The position numbers and the translations under genes were made by a program. The notes below the pieces were generated by a model. The model made no database searches, had not been told where the DNA came from, and saw only the letters and a list, made by a program, of their open reading frames with translations. 64,000 nucleotides of DNA from an uncultured cyanobacterium (GTDB lineage Bacteria > Cyanobacteriota > Cyanobacteriia > Pseudanabaenales > Pseudanabaenaceae): NCBI GenBank assembly GCA_963703315.1, contig OY969811.1, positions 128,001 through 192,000 of the forward strand, in the 5' to 3' direction. Positions 61,651 to 64,000 of the stretch are shown here, piece after piece (position 1 is the stretch's first letter; the number at the start of each line of letters is the position of its first letter).

Positions 61651-62641
61651 AGAAACTCATGAATTTATGTAAAGAAATAGTATTGTGTGATACCACCTGA
61701 GCTAATGTATATACATGGCACAAGAGACAAAGAACTCAATCCAAACGCAGTTCCAGCTTACATATTGAAATTAAGCTTTCAATAGGAGGAGGAAGCAAAA
61801 GAAAGAGTTAAAAGTCAAAATCGGATTGACGCTTTGTTGCTCCCCACGATTCTTCGATCTTTACGGGGCAGTGCTTATTCCAAAGATCGGTGTAGTTTTG
61901 ATAGCTTCGATAGCCTGTTCTATTGTTAAGGTCTTTTGAATTTCTCTCAATGTTTGCGTAGGTTTTGACCTAGCATTGTGATTAACGAGACAAACTTATA
62001 TAGTTAAAGAAATAAGGGCTACAGCGTACAGTTAATCAATGCCTAACACGTATTAGTAAACCTCTAGTAGAATCAAAATTGAATTATTTAAAAAAATGAG
62101 TCTAGCAGCCTTCTGCTAGACTCATCTCGTTTTGAGGAATATATTAAGTAGCCGCCAGAAATGCATGAATTTATGTAAAGAAATAGTATCGTCTAACACC
62201 ACCTAAGCTAATGTATATACATGGCACAAGAGACAGAGCAACTCAATCCAAACGCAAGTCCAGCTTTAATTTCAAGAGTAATCTTTAAAAAGGAGGAGGA
62301 AGCAAAAGAAAGAGTTAAAAGTCAAAATCGGATTGACGCTTTGTTGCTCCCCACGATTCTTCGATCTTTACGGGGCAGTGCTTATTCCAAAGATCGGTGC
62401 AGTTTTGATAGCTTCGATAGTCTAGATTGTTGTTAAGGTCTTCTGAATTCTTCTCAATGTATATTTAGGTTTTGACCTAGCATTGTGATTAACGAGACAA
62501 ACTAATTTAGCTTATTTAGCTTAAAAGACAAAGGCTACAGCGTACAGTTAATCAAAACCGAACACGTTACAGTAAACCTCTAGTAGAAACCTAATTGAAT
62601 TACTTAAAGACATGAGTCTAGCAGCCTTCTGCTAGACTCAT
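61651..62641 (+). repeat. diverged tandem duplication of a ~480-bp unit (61651-62125 and 62157-62641)
   Basis: Collinear alignment with a 109-nt identical core (61784-61892 = 62291-62399), an identical 30-nt terminal hairpin and variable internal segments. Confidence 0.95.
61715..62130 (+). ncRNA. candidate structured ncRNA, copy 1
   Basis: Candidate -10 TAATGT at 61703-61708, multiple predicted helices, terminal 13-bp hairpin at 62096-62125; no long ORF. Confidence 0.5.
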
Positions 62642-62650
62642 TCAGTTTTT
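62221..62650 (+). ncRNA. candidate structured ncRNA, copy 2
   Basis: Candidate -10 TAATGT at 62209-62214, the same helices with structure-compatible changes, hairpin at 62612-62641 followed by a T tract. Confidence 0.5.
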
Positions 62651-62762
62651 GGGGGAAATGCGAAAGCGCTGCTGTGACACCTTTGCTGTGAATGATCCAT
62701 CTTTCGGTAAAATAAACAACAATTCATTATTTTTAAAATCCTAACTTAGGGGTAAACGAGCC

Positions 62763-63512
62763 TTGCCTAAAATCGTTATCGCTGGCAACTGGAAAATGTA
62801 TAAAACCCAGTCCGAAGCCAAAGCATTTTTTTCGGAATTTCCTGCTCATCTTAAAGAAACCGCATCTCAGGCGGCGATCGCTGATCGGCAAATCCTTATT
62901 TGCGTACCTTATACCAATCTAGCGATCTTACAAACCGTCATACCAGCGATCGGTCAAGCTAATCTCAGTATTGGCGCTCAAAATGTCCATTGGGCAGAAA
63001 ATGGCGCATTTACAGGTGAAATTTCTGCACCAATGCTAGTCGAGCTTGGCATCAAATACGTGATTATCGGTCATAGCGAACGTCGGCAGTTCTTTGGCGA
63101 AAGCGATGAAACTGTGAACAAACGCCTCAAAGCCGCTCAAGCGCATGGACTAACCCCCATCCTCTGCGTTGGCGAAAGCAAGCAACAACGGGATGCCAAC
63201 GAAACTGAGTCTTGGATTTTCTCGCAGTTGGCTGCCGACCTGATTGATGTTGACCAAAACAATTTAATCATCGCTTACGAACCAATTTGGGCGATCGGGA
63301 CAGGCGATACCTGTGCATCGAGTGAAGCTAATCGCGTAATTGGACTAATTCGTAGTAAACTTACAAATCGCAACGTTACCATCCAATATGGTGGTTCCGT
63401 CAAACCCGATAATATTGACGAAATCATGGCGCAACCTGAAATTGATGGTGTGCTAGTTGGCGGAGCAAGTCTTGACCCAGCAGGCTTTGCCCGAATCGTA
63501 AATTATCGCTAG
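62763..63512 (+). CDS. tpiA: triosephosphate isomerase
   Basis: [52 protein letters not shown] start. Confidence 0.98.
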   Translation: MPKIVIAGNWKMYKTQSEAKAFFSEFPAHLKETASQAAIADRQILICVPYTNLAILQTVIPAIGQANLSIGAQNVHWAENGAFTGEISAPMLVELGIKYVIIGHSERRQFFGESDETVNKRLKAAQAHGLTPILCVGESKQQRDANETESWIFSQLAADLIDVDQNNLIIAYEPIWAIGTGDTCASSEANRVIGLIRSKLTNRNVTIQYGGSVKPDNIDEIMAQPEIDGVLVGGASLDPAGFARIVNYR

Positions 63513-63693
63513 TTTTGCCTAAATTTCTTTTTTGTCTATACGCTGTTCATCCGTAAAAACAGCGATCGCCACAGCCGTCATAACCATAACAAAGCTTATC
63601 AAGTTATAAAAATTGACTTTATGAGATCTACTTTGTTATAATTATGTGCTGTTGATTAGAATACACAGCCGCAGATATACCAAATCATCACTT

Positions 63694-64000
63694 ATGCCCA
63701 CGATCCAACAGCTCATCCGCAGTGAGCGCCAAACCATAAATACCAAAACAAAGTCTCCTGCTCTCAAGAGCTGTCCTCAACGCAGGGGAGTATGTACGCG
63801 CGTTTACACTACAACACCCAAAAAGCCCAACTCTGCACTTAGAAAAGTGGCACGGGTACGCTTGACTTCTGGCTTTGAAGTCACCGCATACATCCCTGGC
63901 ATTGGGCATAACCTCCAAGAACACTCCGTTGTGATGATTAGAGGCGGTCGTGTAAAAGATTTACCAGGTGTTCGCTACCACATTATTCGTGGAACCCTTG
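63694..64000 (+). CDS. rpsL: 30S ribosomal protein S12 (3'-truncated by the window edge)
   Basis: Manual translation MPTIQQLIR...[31 protein letters not shown]...[19 protein letters not shown]. Confidence 0.97.
   Translation, partial: MPTIQQLIRSERQTINTKTKSPALKSCPQRRGVCTRVYTTTPKKPNSALRKVARVRLTSGFEVTAYIPGIGHNLQEHSVVMIRGGRVKDLPGVRYHIIRGTL

Noticed and set aside
62221..62436. 71-aa ORF as a RiPP precursor (ends SFDSFDSLDCC)
   Set aside because: The paralogous copy has a 1-nt indel and early stop, there is no recognisable leader motif, and no modifying enzymes or transporter are nearby.
61651..62641. CRISPR array or known riboswitch (c-di-GMP-I-like GCAAA..GAAA..GACGC)
   Set aside because: Only two long units with no repeat-spacer periodicity and no cas genes; the GEMM consensus continuation and P2 stem are not matched.
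63688..63924. 78-aa minus-strand ORF and the many other short antisense or alternate-frame ORFs in the track
   Set aside because: They are shadows of real genes (here rpsL on the + strand) with no family motifs.
1..64000. frequent GCGATCGC octamer as a novel repeat
   Set aside because: This is the well-known cyanobacterial HIP1 palindrome.

Overview
64-kb chromosomal window from a cyanobacterium. It has dense HIP1 (GCGATCGC) octamers and carries ndhO, ycf34, opcA, an SLH-OprB porin and pentapeptide-repeat proteins; a Pseudanabaena-like origin is my inference. Housekeeping genes include uvrB, lnt, metH, zwf-opcA, surE, prmA, cobA, pyrH-frr, tpiA and the 5' part of rpsL. Accessory content includes a toxin-antitoxin-like cluster (0.1-1.6 kb), an AT-rich HIP1-free glycosyltransferase/methyltransferase block (3-8.8 kb), three class III cyclases, two Ser/Thr kinases, an ABC-ATPase+TOPRIM pair, a Tat-type pseudo-orthocaspase and many intergenic palindromic/MITE-like repeats. 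The most striking unexplained element is a diverged tandem pair of ~480-bp units upstream of tpiA (61651-62641). Each unit has a candidate promoter, conserved base-paired structure despite sequence change, and a terminator-like hairpin, suggesting a duplicated ~410-nt structured ncRNA. Other notable items: a cyclase/MscS-cNMP operon in which both partners lack their conserved Arg, an integron-cassette-like orphan gene, and two frameshift lesions (GT2 227-bp duplication, zwf 3' end) that may be assembly artefacts. All family assignments are from motif recognition by eye, not database searches.
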